DNA from: the human T2T-CHM13v2.0 reference genome, Homo sapiens
Reading direction: 5' to 3' (one strand)
DNA length: 64,000 nucleotides
Assembly (NCBI RefSeq): GCF_009914755.1
Contig: NC_060927.1
Below, in pieces: positions 27,990 through 40,219 of the stretch. Every line of letters starts with the position of its first letter. Positions within the stretch are counted from its first letter, which is position 1. Made by a program: the position numbers and the translations under genes. The notes beneath the pieces were generated by a model that was not told the DNA's origin, searched no databases, and saw only the letters and a program-made list of their open reading frames with translations.

Positions 27990-29945
27990 TTCTTTACACA
28001 CTTGTACTAAAAAATATTTGAAATGCACCACTGTGTTAGGTGCTATGCTAAGCACTAGGAAGATAGATGAGGTCTTAGTCCCTATGGGGCATATAGCCTA
28101 GTGTCGTTGGGAGGGAGACAATATGAATAAATAAATAAAACACTAAAGAAGGTAGCAAGTATCCTCACAACTGCAATACAGAAATAAACATGGTGATAGG
28201 CTATAGAGTGGGGGCGTGGAAGGGTGTTTTGGGTGGGTTGATCCACCCTGAGGTGGTAGATATTTGATCTGAGACCTGAAGTATTACACTAACTCTTTCT
28301 ACGAATATTTATTTAAAGACCTATTATGTGCCAGGCACTATTCTAGGCACTGGAGATAAAGCAGGGAACAAGACAGTGTGTGCTTGTAACTTTAGTGAGG
28401 AGATACAGATAAACAAGTGTATAAGTAAATATAGGGGGTGATCTATTTTATGGAGGAAAGTGAAGCAGGGCATATGCCACTGCTGGGAAGACATTTGGGC
28501 TGACATTGAAGGGAGTCATAGATAAGCCATGAAACTATCTGGGGGAAAAGCACTCTAGGCAGTTGGAAAAGCAAATATAAAGGCCCTGAGGCAGCAGCAT
28601 GCCTGTTTGAGTAAAGCTAGGATGCCCATATGAGTGGAGAGAAGGGAATGAGGGAGAGGGTACTAGAAGAGAAGCTCAGAGAGGTAAAAGGGTCTAGGCT
28701 ATGTAGACCTTTGTGGTTTATGGTGAAAACATTGGCTTTTTGTTTGAGTAAGATGGATGACAATGCCTGGTGGTAAAAAATAGACTGTAGGGAGCAATGT
28801 GGGGTCAGGAATGTACATTAGGATGCTAGAGCAATTATCCATGTGAGACAGGATGGTGCCTTGGACCAGAATGGTAGTAGCGGTGGTGGTGGTAACTATT
28901 TGGATTCTAGGTATGTTTTATTTTATTTTTTATTTTTTTTTTGAGACAGAATCCCACTCTGTCACTCAGTTCCATGGCATGATCTTAGCTCAATGCAATT
29001 CTCATGCTTCAGCCTCCTGAGTATCTGAGATTACAGATGAGTGCTACCACTTCTGGCGAATTTTTGTATTTTTTTAGTAGAGACGGTTTTCACCATGTTG
29101 GCCAGGCTGGTCTCAAGCTCCTGACCTCAGGTGGTCCGCCTGCCTCAGCATCCCAAAGTGCTGAGATTACAGGCATGAACCACCGTGCCTGGCCTACATT
29201 CTAGATATATTTTACAGGCAATGTCAACAGGGAGGATATAATGAAAGATTAGATTTTGGGCGAAAAAGAAGAAAGAGTCAAGGATGACTCCAAGATTTGG
29301 AGCCAGAGTTGTTCAGAAAAGGTAGAGCAGTCGTTTACTGAGATGGGGAAGCAGGTTGCAGGGAGGGAATCAGAAATTCTATTATGGTCTTGTTAAGTTT
29401 AAGGTGCCGATTAAACATCCACAGGACAAGTGGGAATAAGAAGTTTTGGGAAAAGTCAATGGTGGAGATCTAAGTTTGGGGGTTGAAAGCATATATATGG
29501 TATCTAAACCCATGAAACTAAATGCAACCAGCAACTGTAGATAGAGTAGTTGAGAGGCCCGAGGTCTAATCTCTGGGGTGTGGCAACATTTACGGGTGGA
29601 CAAGACAAAAGTAGCTAACAGAATGGATACTTTAGGAAAGAAAGAGAAAGCCAAGGAAGGAAGTGCTTCAAGAAGGAAGGTAGGTCAATTTGTTCAAATG
29701 CTGTGAATAACTCAAGTAAAATGAAGACTGAAATCTTTTGGATTTAGCAATGTGAGGTCAATGGTGACTTTGGCCTGAGCAGTTTTGATGTAGTAATGTA
29801 GATGTAAACTTAATTGGAGAAGGATTAAGAGAGATTATAAAAAAATAAATTAGACTCTTTGAGGATTTTGTTGTAAAGAAGAACAAAGAAATGGGCAATT
29901 AAGGGGGGTGTGGGAAAGAGGCATGTGGTCAAAAGAAGGTAGAAT
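27990..29945 (-). mobile_element. Long L2 remnant(s) interrupted by an Alu
   Basis: tattatgtgccaggcactattctaggcactggagata; gagtcaaggatgactccaagattt; ggatttagcaatgtgaggtca. Confidence 0.8.
28916..29194 (-). mobile_element. AluS with internal deletions
   Basis: Alu body; degenerate TSD attctag(g/a)tat. Confidence 0.88.
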
Positions 29946-30029
29946 AAAAATGGTAGACTCGCCAGAACTTCAAAGTACAATGATATATCAGACTTATCTA
30001 GAGAGAGTTTGTTCAAATGAGATTGTTAG

Positions 30030-30232
30030 GTTCTACCCAAACTTCAAGAGCATATCACAGTCACCCGTGTGTGTGGGGAGGTGTTGCATGTTAAAACCAG
30101 ACAGCTGGTCCCCCTTCTAGAGTTTCTAATTCAGTAGGTCATGGGTAGGACTCAAGAATATGCATTTCCATCATGATCTCAGGTGATGCAGATGCTACTG
30201 GTACAGGGAACACACTTTGAGTATCACTGCTC
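30030..30232 (+). mobile_element. MER5A
   Basis: agagtttctaattcagtaggtc...tgcatttc...caggtgatgcagatgctactggt...cacactttgagtatcactg. Confidence 0.85.
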
Positions 30233-31829
30233 ATGGACACAAATTCCTTTGCTGACCCTTCTATGCAAAGTAACATCCTATCCTCCCATCCTTTTCTTCT
30301 ACTCTCTCACTATGTGAATCTGCCTTATTATTTTTCATTATTTAAATCCCCATTGGCATAGTTTCTCTAGGAAAGGAGACCTATCTCTCTTGTTTACCAT
30401 TGTTCCCCATGTGTAGCATCATAGTTAGCATACAATGGAAACAAAATTTTAAACAATGAATTAAATAAAGAAATGAGAAGTTCCAACAATAATAAGCATT
30501 GCTTTATACAATCTTTGAGATGCCTAATGTTTCTTTGGGACTCTTTATAAAGATAAACAAAAAGCCATGTTTTGCTAAATGGCAAACTAAGAGTTAAATT
30601 TCAACCTCTGAGACACCCAGAGGGATCTGAGCTGGTTATTTACATTTCAAAATTCATTGTAACCAGCCTAGAGATCCCTAATGTGACTGTTATGTGGTAT
30701 TTCAAATATGATCACATAACTTTCAAAGAAAATTCTGCTTGGAAAGCCATGAGTTGTTTTGTCATTAATTATTTACTTCTAGGTTCACAACTGTCACCGT
30801 TTCAGAAACCTCCCTAGTTGAAGAAATAACATTAGGGGCATGCTTTGGTCTTCAATGCACTAATTAGCCTATAAGCCAACTCATTTGTAGCTGGCTCAGT
30901 CTAAATCATCCAGGTTTTACATGGGGGATATTTAAGGCCCATTTAGTTGGAAAAATTTACCTGCCAATCCAAGCCTCTTAAAAATACGACACAAAACAAA
31001 ACAGGGTCGCCAGGTTTCTTTAACAGTTTTTTTAAGAGTGTTAAGTGAAAACGTCTCTGTTTGATAGTCATCATTTGTCAATGACCGTTTCTTCACTCAG
31101 ACAACATGAATAAAATATGTTACTTTTTGTCATTAGCAACTCATTCAGGGAAAAGAGAAAAATTGGACATTTAAGAACATCTTACTTTCTGTCATTTCGG
31201 AGTAAATGACGCTCTTAAATGATGGCTAGTCAAACCTACAGAATCTATTAGTAACTTGAAAATAAGTGTGAAGGGATGCTAAAACCCAAAGGAATCTTAA
31301 ACTTGCATTTATCAAGCTTGTCACATCATTGCTCCTGGTAATAAAAGCATTTTTGTTTTATGTTGTAATGTCTACAGAGAATAATATTTTTTTTGGCCAG
31401 TGTAAAAAGTGATATTGCAACATTCATCATATATTTTGATATAAAATAGTCTAAAAAGGTTGAAAACTGACATTCATTATTTTAGAGCTAATTTAAAAGC
31501 CTTGTGCATTTACAGAAGTTTTCTTGGTTGCTTTTTATAAAGTTCCAGTGTTCAATAGTCATTCAATTTTCAGAAGCATTTTCTTTTTTTTTTTTTTTTT
31601 CTTTTTTTCTTTTTTTTAATTATTATTATACTTTAAGTTTTAGGGTACATGTGCACATTGTGCAGGTTAGTTACATATGTATACATGTGCCATGCTGGTG
31701 CGCTGCACCCACTAACGTGTCATCTAGCATTAGGTATATCTCCCAATGCTATCCCTCCCCCCTCCCCCGACCCCACCACAGTCCCCAGAGTGTGATATTC
31801 CCCTTCCTGTGTCCATGTGATCTCATTGT

Positions 31830-32397
31830 TCAATTCCCACCTATGAGTGAGAATATGCGGTGTTTGGTTTTTTGTTCTTGCGATAGTTTACTGAGAATGA
31901 TGGTTTCCAATTTCATCCATGTCCCTACAAAGGACATGAACTCATCATTTTTTATGGCTGCATAGTATTCCATGGTGTATATGTGCCACATTTTCTTCAT
32001 CCAGTCTATCATTGTTGGACATTTGGGTTGGTTCCAAGTCTTTGCTATTGTGAATAATGCCGCAATAAACATACGTGTGCATGTGTCTTTATAGCAGCAT
32101 GATTTATAGTCCTTTGGGTATATACCCAGTAATGGGATGGCTGGGTCAAATGGTATTTCTAGTTCTAGATCCCTGAGGAATCGCCACACTGACTTCCACA
32201 ATGGTTGAACTAGTTTACAGTCCCACCAACAGTGTAAAAGTGTTCCTATTTCTCCACATCCTCTCCAGCACCTGTTGTTTCCTGACTTTTTAATGATTGC
32301 CATTCTAACTGGTGTGAGATGATATCTCATAGTGGTTTTGATTTGCATTTCTCTGATGGCCAGTGATGATGAGCATTTTTTCATGTGTTTTTTGGCT
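31830..32397 (-). pseudogene. L1 ORF2p C-terminal fragment (Cys-rich domain)
   Basis: [18 protein letters not shown] ... [10 protein letters not shown]. Confidence 0.95.
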
Positions 32398-32967
32398 TCC
32401 CCAATCTAGCAAGGCAGGCCAATGTTCAGATTCAGGAAATACAGAGAACGCCACAAAGATACTCCTCGAGAAGAGCAACTCCAAGACACATAATTGTCAG
32501 ATTCACCAAAGTTGAAATGAAGGAAAAAATATTAAGGGCAGCCAGAGAGAAAGGTTGGGTTACCCTCAAAGGAAAGCCCATCAGACTAACAGCGGATCTC
32601 TCGGCAGAAACCCTACAAGCCAGAAGAGAGTGGGGGCCAATATTCAACATTCTTAAAGAAAAGAATTTTCAACCCAGAATTTCATATCCAGCCAAACTAA
32701 GCTTCATAAGTGAAGGAGAAATAAAATACTTTATAGACAAGCAAATGCTGAGAGATTTTGTCACCACCAGGCCTGCCCTAAAAGAGCTCCTGAAGGAAGT
32801 GCTAAACATGGAAAGGAACAACCGGTACCAGCCGCTGCAAAATCATGCCAAAATGTAAAGACCATCGAGACTAGGAAGAAACTGCATCAACTAACGAGCA
32901 AAATCACCAGCTAACATCATAATGACAGGATCAAATTCACACATAACAATATTAACTTTAAATATAA
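32396..32967 (+). pseudogene. Inverted L1 segment: ORF1p C-terminus (stop at 32858), 63-nt spacer, first 15 codons of ORF2 (ATG at 32922)
   Basis: [22 protein letters not shown]...YFIDKQMLRDF...QNHAKM*; MTGSNSHITILTLNI. Confidence 0.95.
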
Positions 32968-33821
32968 GCAGCCAGAAGCATTTTCTTACATGGATTTCAT
33001 GGATTTTGTTGGGTTCTCAGAATAAATGCTCAGGTTTTAATGATGGTGGTAGTACCTGACCAATTGATTGGTGTATTTATTTTCTTATAATCACTCAGCT
33101 GCTGGTCCTGTTGCATTGCAATGACCAAAGAAACAAAGACTTGTCATTTTTCAAGTTCTATAAGATTTAATCATAGCCCAAACTTTCACTCCTTTCTTTT
33201 TTTTTCCCCTCAAGATCTCCAAAGCACCGATCTAATGAAAGAAAACTTAATCTAGGAAGTGAAAGAGAAACCAAGACTGGAAGACGCAGTTGAAATGGAT
33301 TGCCACGTTTATACATACATTGATTTTTACATGACTGCATTCAGAAACAAAATACCATCCTCTGTGATTAATTTATAAAGCTTCCCTCTCAGTTAAATTA
33401 AAAACAAAGTGAATCCATAGCAGCAGATCCCCTTTTAGTTAGAGATCTAACCTCTCTCAAGAAGCAAACATGGATTTATACCTCCCTCATTTGATGGTCA
33501 GCTTAGGACAATTGCTGAATTCTCTGACACTGTTGGGAATCCGCACAGTAAAATACATGTGATTTCTACTGAAAATTCAGATATAAGTCAAACTGCTACA
33601 TTGGAGAGGTAAGAGATTCTGATTCTGCCACTTAATCATCTTCTGAATATTAGGCCAGGAAAGAGGAAGTATAACATGACTTAAATTTTTGAGGGTACTG
33701 GGAATCTATGCACCTCTCTCCATAATTGTGACCTTGACTTAGCTAGTGCGGTCGTGCAGCATGTCACACATATTGGCTGGTAAAATATAAGATGATTAAA
33801 TAAAATACATGAAACAATGTA

Positions 33822-34120
33822 TTTTTTTTTTTCTGAGACGGAGGCTGGCTCTGTCACCCAGGCTGGAGTGCAGTGGCGCCATCTCGGCTGACTGCAAGCT
33901 CCACCTCCCAGTTTCACGCCATTCTCTTGCTTCAGCCTCCCAAAGTAGCTGGGACTACAGGCGCCCGCCCCCATGCCAGGCTAATTTTGTTTTTGTATTT
34001 TTAGTAGAGACTGGGTTTCACCGTGTTAGCCAGGATGGTCTCGATCTCCTGACCTCGTGATCCGCCTGCCTCGGCCTCCTAAAGTGCTGGGATTACAGGC
34101 ATGAGCCACGGCACCCGGCC
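33822..34120 (-). mobile_element. AluY-like
   Basis: ctgcaagctcc, ttcacgccattct, caggatggtctcgatctcctgacctcgtga; TSD ga(a/g)acaatgta. Confidence 0.93.
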
Positions 34121-34519
34121 GAGACAATGTACTTTATTTAGTGGCTACAGATTCATTTTTACATGTATTAAAATATTGCTAGAACCTCAACTCTTTGGTT
34201 TCATGGATACAATTCTCAGGACATTGTGAAAATAAAGGCCTTAATTTGAAACAAACTTTAAGACAATTTTAGAGAAAATACTACAATGGGGTATGCAAGA
34301 TATGCATGAAGAAAGTGAAGGACTGAAGTATGGGAACTACCACTAGGGTAGAGTTATTTTTCTTCCTTTTAAGATGTTGGTGAGCCTTGTCTGTCTTTTC
34401 TGAAGTATTTGGAGAAAAGGGAGGGAGGACAGAGTGGGAGGAAGAGAGAAAATGGACCTGACCAGTTAGAGAACTATAGTTATTCAAAGTTTATCAAGTA
34501 GAAAAAGAGAAACATTCAA

Positions 34520-36740
34520 AAACATATTTTGAAATATATTTTGAAAAAGCAAATACAAACATTTAGAGAATAGTGTCATGAACCCCAATATAGCTATCAC
34601 CCAAATTCAACAATGGATTTTGTTGGGTTCTCAGATCAAGTCATGACCAATCTTGTTTCAGTTGCATCCCATCCATTTCCTTTCATCCTCCCAGATTATT
34701 TTGAAGCAAATTCCAGGTATCATATCTTGTCTATATGTATCTCAGCAGTCATCTTAGAAAGATAAGAACTTTTTTTAAAAACAGAGATTTCTAGTTGCTT
34801 TTCTGGCAGGTAAGAAACATAGAAGTTGCCACTCTGTCCTAACAAGTACAAATAAATGAGGTCATCAGACCCATCAAAGAAATGAGGTCACAGGAAAGAC
34901 TACTGTCCCCAAAATTGGAGAGATTGGGAGCTACAATCCAAGATGAGATTTGGGTGGGGATACAACCAAACCATATCACCATGCTAACATCAGTCAAAAG
35001 AAGTGGAAGTAGCTATACTAATTTCAGACACAGCAGACCTCAGAGCCAGGAAAATTATCAGAAATAAAGAGGGGATATTACTTAATGATAAAAGTGTCAA
35101 TGCTCCAAGAAGACATAACAGTCTTTAAGATGTGTATGCCTAATGACAGTGTCAAAATAGTTGAAACAGAAACTGAGAGAATTGCAAGGAGAAACAGGAG
35201 AATCCACCCTTATAGTTGGAGACTCCAACACTCCTCTATTAGAAGAGGACAGATCCAAAAGGTGGAGGACATGGTTGAACTCAAGAGCACCATCAGTCAA
35301 CTTGTATTGCACATATTAGAAAAGAAGAATCTCAAATCAATAATTTAAGCCCTCACCTTAGGAAGCTAGAAAAGGAAGAGCAAATTAAATCCAAAGTAAG
35401 CGGAAGAAAAGAAATAATAAAAGCTAGAATGCACATCAATACAATTGAGAAACAAAAAGTCAACAAAGAAAATAAATGAAATGAAAAACTGGTTCTTTGA
35501 AAAGATCAATAAAACCTCTAGCTGGGCTAAGAGAGAGAGATGACATAAATTACTAGTACCATACATTAAAGAGGGGATATTACTACAGAACCCGTTGATG
35601 TTAAAATGATAACAAAAGGTTATTATGAACAGTTCTATGCTCACAACTTGATAATCTAGATGAAATGGACACAATTTCTTGAGGAATACAACGTGTCAAA
35701 TGTTACACAACAAGAAAGAGGCAATCATAAGCCAATATCTATTAAAGACATTGAATCAATAACTAATAACCTTTAACCTTTAAAAATAAAAGCACCAGAC
35801 CCAGAGGGGTTCACTGCTAAATTATACCAAACATTTAAGGAAAAGAAATCATACCAATTCTCTACAATCTCTTCCAGAAGATTAAAACAGTGAATAGTTT
35901 CTAACTCAGTCTAAGAGGCCAACACTGCTTCAGTACAAAAATTAGACAAAGATATTACATGGAAAAACCATAAAGAGTAATACCTCACACATACATAGGT
36001 ACAAAAATCCTTAACAAAATATTAGTAAGTTCAATCCAACAATGTATAAAAATAATTATGCACCATGATCAAGTGTGGTTATCAACAAACTGATTTTAAA
36101 GTTTCTATGGAGAAGCAAAATACCCAGAATAGCCAACCCAATATCAAAAGAGAAGAACAAAACTGGAGGCAGTAAAAAGTGTTGTGGTTGACAGGGCTTA
36201 GATGAGAGGGACAGATGAATAGACAGAGAGCATAGAGGATGTTTAGGGCAGTTAAATTATTCTGCATGATACTTTAATGTGAATACATGTCACTATACAT
36301 TTGTCCAAACCCACAGAATGTCCAACACTAAGTGATCCCTAATGTAAACTGTGGACTTTGGGTGAAAATGGTGTGTCAGTGTAGGTTTATTGGTTGCATT
36401 AAATATACACTCTAGTGTATGATGTAGAGAGTAGGGTATGTTGTGTGTGTGGGGTGGGCGGGAAGCAGGAGGTAGATAGGAACTCACTGCACTTTCTGCA
36501 CTTTTTGCTGTGAACCTAAAACTGCTCAAAAAATAAAATGTATTAACAATAAAAAAGCCAAAATAGCAGTGTCATTGTTACAACATCAAATATATGAGTA
36601 GTTCCCAAATGCCATAAATATTCGCTCAATGTTCAAATTTCCCTGAGTGCCTCATGAATTATTTTAGATTTTTACAGTTTGCTTATATTAAGTCCTGAAA
36701 AAGGTCCATACTTTGCTATTAGTTGATTTGTATTGAGTTG
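34520..36740. mobile_element. Old L1ME/MC 3' end (-) interrupted by a fragmented L1MC/MD (+, about 34790-36560)
   Basis: ORF2 remnants (ctggttctttgaaaagatcaataaa; agcaccagacccagagggg) and a 3' end with AATAAA on +; the host 3'UTR resumes at about 36560. Confidence 0.75.
34925..34978 (-). mobile_element. 54-bp THE1 LTR 5'-end stub
   Basis: tgggagctacaatccaagatgagatttgggtggggatacaaccaaaccatatca is the reverse complement of the THE1 start. Confidence 0.88.
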
Positions 36741-36989
36741 TATTATACCAATGTGTCCTTGGTGCTTATTTTTACTTTCTATTTTAGTGAAGATAAAAGG
36801 CAATTTTTAATCTATCAGAACCATTTACATTGCTACCTACATTTCTTAATTTATTAAGCATCAAGCACTCGAATGTCCTCAAGATTCTGCCAGGTAACAT
36901 ACAGACTGGAAAAGTGAGCTAGATGAAGACTGTGACCAACAGGAGGGCTCAGGTTCTTTCTGTAGGTGGCAGCACTTTCTCAGCTCTGG

Positions 36990-37185
36990 CCACTACTACC
37001 CTGCAGAAATTTGTATAGTAGGGGAGGGTGTATGACTAGATTTTCCAGAGAAGCTGGCAATCTCAATTTTCATATCATGTCTCCTGACTTTTAAATGTTG
37101 TCAAATAATGCAAAATTTTGAAACACCAATATGCAGGTCAAACAAAACACATCTGCAAAAGTTTCCAGCTTATGACCTACCAGCA
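36990..37185. mobile_element. MER102-like hAT element
   Basis: ctcctgacttttaaatgttg...ggtcaaacaaaacacatctgc. Confidence 0.55.
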
Positions 37186-37649
37186 CATTATTTTTGCTAC
37201 AGATAATTAAATGGACTGCTGTCATTTCTATTGCCTTCTATCTTTTCATTCTGGAAGTTGAGGGGGAACATACTCTCCTCCTTATGCCCTTGTCTCCCTT
37301 TCAATTTCAGACTGTGACTCGTATTTTAGGAAGAGCTGATCTGGCCCAAATGCTTCCCTTTACTTATGGGTTACTGGGGCTCAGAGAAGACAAGTATGTT
37401 AAAAAAAAATCAACGGGCTTTGTTGATTATCTAAATCTTTAATCTAGTTCTGATGCCAGTGCAGGGTACTGTGCACCATAGCCGGTTATTAGTAAAGCAA
37501 TAATGCAGCACCATCATGCCACTAAACACGTTTCTGTTCTAGGAGCATAAACTTTCCCAGGCGTTGGCATCCCATGACTTGTTCAGTTACTTGGAAGCAG
37601 AGAAGGAAGAAGGGAGCTAACAGTCACCAAGAAACTGGAAAGCTCTGGA

Positions 37650-37845
37650 CCCTGTCCTAGATGCATTGTGTTATCTTAATAATTAACCATCACACAAAAT
37701 CACCAAGATGTGGATATTATTATCTTTTTGAATACATGAAAAAAAGTGAGGCTCAAAGATTTAAGCCACTTTTTCTAGGCCACACAGATATTAAGTAACA
37801 GACCCTGGTTTGTGTGACTCTCAATCCTGGGTTCTTTCCATAACT
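37650..37845 (+). mobile_element. MIR
   Basis: atgaaaaaaagtgaggctcaaagatttaag...ctaggccacacag. Confidence 0.65.
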
Positions 37846-38359
37846 CCATTAACTTCATACTGCCTGTCATTTCCAAGCTCCCAATGACACCCAATGTCAT
37901 TTTCTTAATTTCTGCAACACTGTAACCTAAGACAGATGGCTTAGGGAGTAGTGCTGCTTTCCTAGAGGACAGCCAAGGACCATAGCAGCATGTTGTCTTG
38001 GAGGTTTCTCTCCCTTCATCGCTACTATTCTCCTTCCTCCACTTCAAGTCACCTTTCTGGAACTCATTTACCAATCAGGACCAATTCACTTGCTAGGTTA
38101 GTGTCCCAGCAGGAAACAGATAAAATATTCAAATGAGATAATTGAGTTAAGTTTAATGAAGGAGACATTAGATAGGTATGGGCAGTGTTAAGAGAGACTC
38201 ACAAACAGTGGTGTAGGACTCCATGGCTAGTGACATCAGGGAATATTTGCTGCCACCAAACAGCAGCTGTGGTCTTGGAAAAAGGCAGCCACTGCAGCCT
38301 GACAGCCTGGCCAGGAAGTAGCTAGGGATCAAAACTGTGATGTCCCTCCCATATATGAA

Positions 38360-38470
38360 AGGAAGAAAGAAGGAAAGAAGGAAGGAAGGAAGGAAGGACA
38401 GACAGACATGGAGGGAGGGAGGGAAGAAGGAAGGAAGGAAGGAAGGAAGGAAGGAAGGAAAGAAGGAAGA
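38360..38470. repeat. (GGAA)n-rich tract, 8 perfect units at 38429-38460
   Basis: Direct read. Confidence 0.95.
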
Positions 38471-40219
38471 GACAAAGTAGAAAATGGAAATGGAGGTGCA
38501 AACAAAGAATACTCTGATTATTTCCTTCACTTTTCTGCAAGCTGCTGCCACCTAAGCAGACATGAGCCTTGTTCTGAAGGACACCTCTGCTAGAAAAGAT
38601 CAGATACTTCCCTCTCATTCTGAGCTTCACTGCTGTGTCCCTGGCTGGAATCCCAGCCAGCTTGCATCCAGACACACCTTTGGCTCTGCACTGGCATACG
38701 TGAGACTCGCTACCATCTGGGTCAGGCAACCAACATTTTTCAAGCTCATGCTATAGGATACCGAGTGGAAAAGCCACCTTCTTTCCCAAGCACATCTGCA
38801 CGGTTAACATCTGCACATTTCTGCTCTTTCTGGAAACTTGACCTGTGTTTTTACTTCACTTTCTTGCTTTCTCTGGCCCTGCTCTTTTACTTGAATTCCT
38901 AATAATATTTTGCTCCCCCTCTACCCCTCTGCCTCCAGGACCAGAGTGCCAGCAAATCAAGTTATTTTCATTTTATGAATATGCATATACAAAACCCAAG
39001 ATATTTTCTGAGAGAAACTTCAAATTTGATCTGCAGGAAATATGCTGTTATTTCTGCCAATGAATAGAAGTATCGCTGAATTAAACCAAAAGCCAGCCGG
39101 TTCTGTGCTCTTGGAAAGCGTTTTGCCATTTTTCAGGGAAGAACTTTTTCAGTGTGCTGTTGTTGCTTGGACAAACTATTTTTTATTTTATCAAACATAT
39201 GGAGAAAGTTGGGGTTTTGCCCTCCTTCAAAATTCTTAGAGAAGACAATGCACAATCGATTTCACATGATGTAAACCTTAAGTCCCTTGCTTCAGAAATC
39301 TGTTTCTTTCCTAACTACATCAGAATCAGCACTTTCCTTCTCATGTTAGGTCCTCTTTGTGCAATCAGCAAAAATGTAACAATTTGATTTTTTTTTTGGC
39401 TCCTCATAGCACTTTTCCCAATTATACTTGCTTGACACTATACAACAGCATAATAAAGGGTTGGTTTCCCCCTATCTGCAACACAAAACATGGTACAGAC
39501 ATGAGTGATTAAAAAAGACAGAGCAAGAGCAAAGAGCTCATATCTTAACAATGGTGTCATTACAGAATTTTAATGCTTATGCCAGTTGAACTTTCTGGCA
39601 AGTTAGACTAATGTTAGAGTAACATTAAGTTAGTCATTAAATACTGAGCATGCTACTTATAAATGTTGATTGGATCCTATTGGTTGATGATGTTGGGTTA
39701 TTCTTTACACTTGCTAATTTTTTGTCTAATTGTTCTATCAGTTGTTGAGAGGGATGTTGAAATCGCCAACTATAACTGTGTACACTTCTGTTTTTCTTTT
39801 AACTATGTTGTATTTGGTGGCTTTGTTGTTTGATGCATACACATTTAGGATTGCTATGTCTTCTTGTTTGATTGATCTTTTTAATCATTATATATTGATT
39901 TTTTAATCGTATATATTTTATCATTATATACTAGATATAGAACTTTTTATCAATAAATATATATTTCCTTATCATTATATATTATATATGATTATATGTC
40001 ATCATGTATTATTATTATATGTTTTATCACTGTCTATCCATGTTTCTGGTAATTTTCTCTGCAGTCTACTCTGTTATTAAGATAGCCACTTTAATTTTGA
40101 TTTTGTTAATGTTTTGAGGATATATCTTTTTATACTGTGTCATCATTTTATCATTTGAAATGATGTATGAAAGCCCAGGTTCCTTTTATGCCCCTTTAAA
40201 CTCTTACGTTTATAATATA

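Larger units (their letters stand above)
31586..32972 (-). mobile_element. Young L1 (L1HS/L1PA1 non-Ta, ACG/A) with 5' inversion
   Basis: Perfect 15-bp TSD cagaagcattttctt at 31571-31585 and 32973-32987; poly-T tail; ACG at 31716-31718 (-); uninterrupted ORF2 C-terminus (-) and ORF1 C-terminus (+). Confidence 0.97.

Noticed and set aside
32385-32858. Expressed ORF1 fusion protein
   Set aside because: The start is a non-ATG codon in antisense L1 sequence and no promoter is present; it is a by-product of the inversion.
35065-35584. 18-bp repeat taaagaggggatattact as another templated insertion
   Set aside because: Both sites sit in native L1 ORF2 contexts that already resemble each other, and no insertion is evident.
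38429-38460. GGAA microsatellite as an EWS-FLI1 enhancer
   Set aside because: Only 8 consecutive units, and no evidence beyond the motif.
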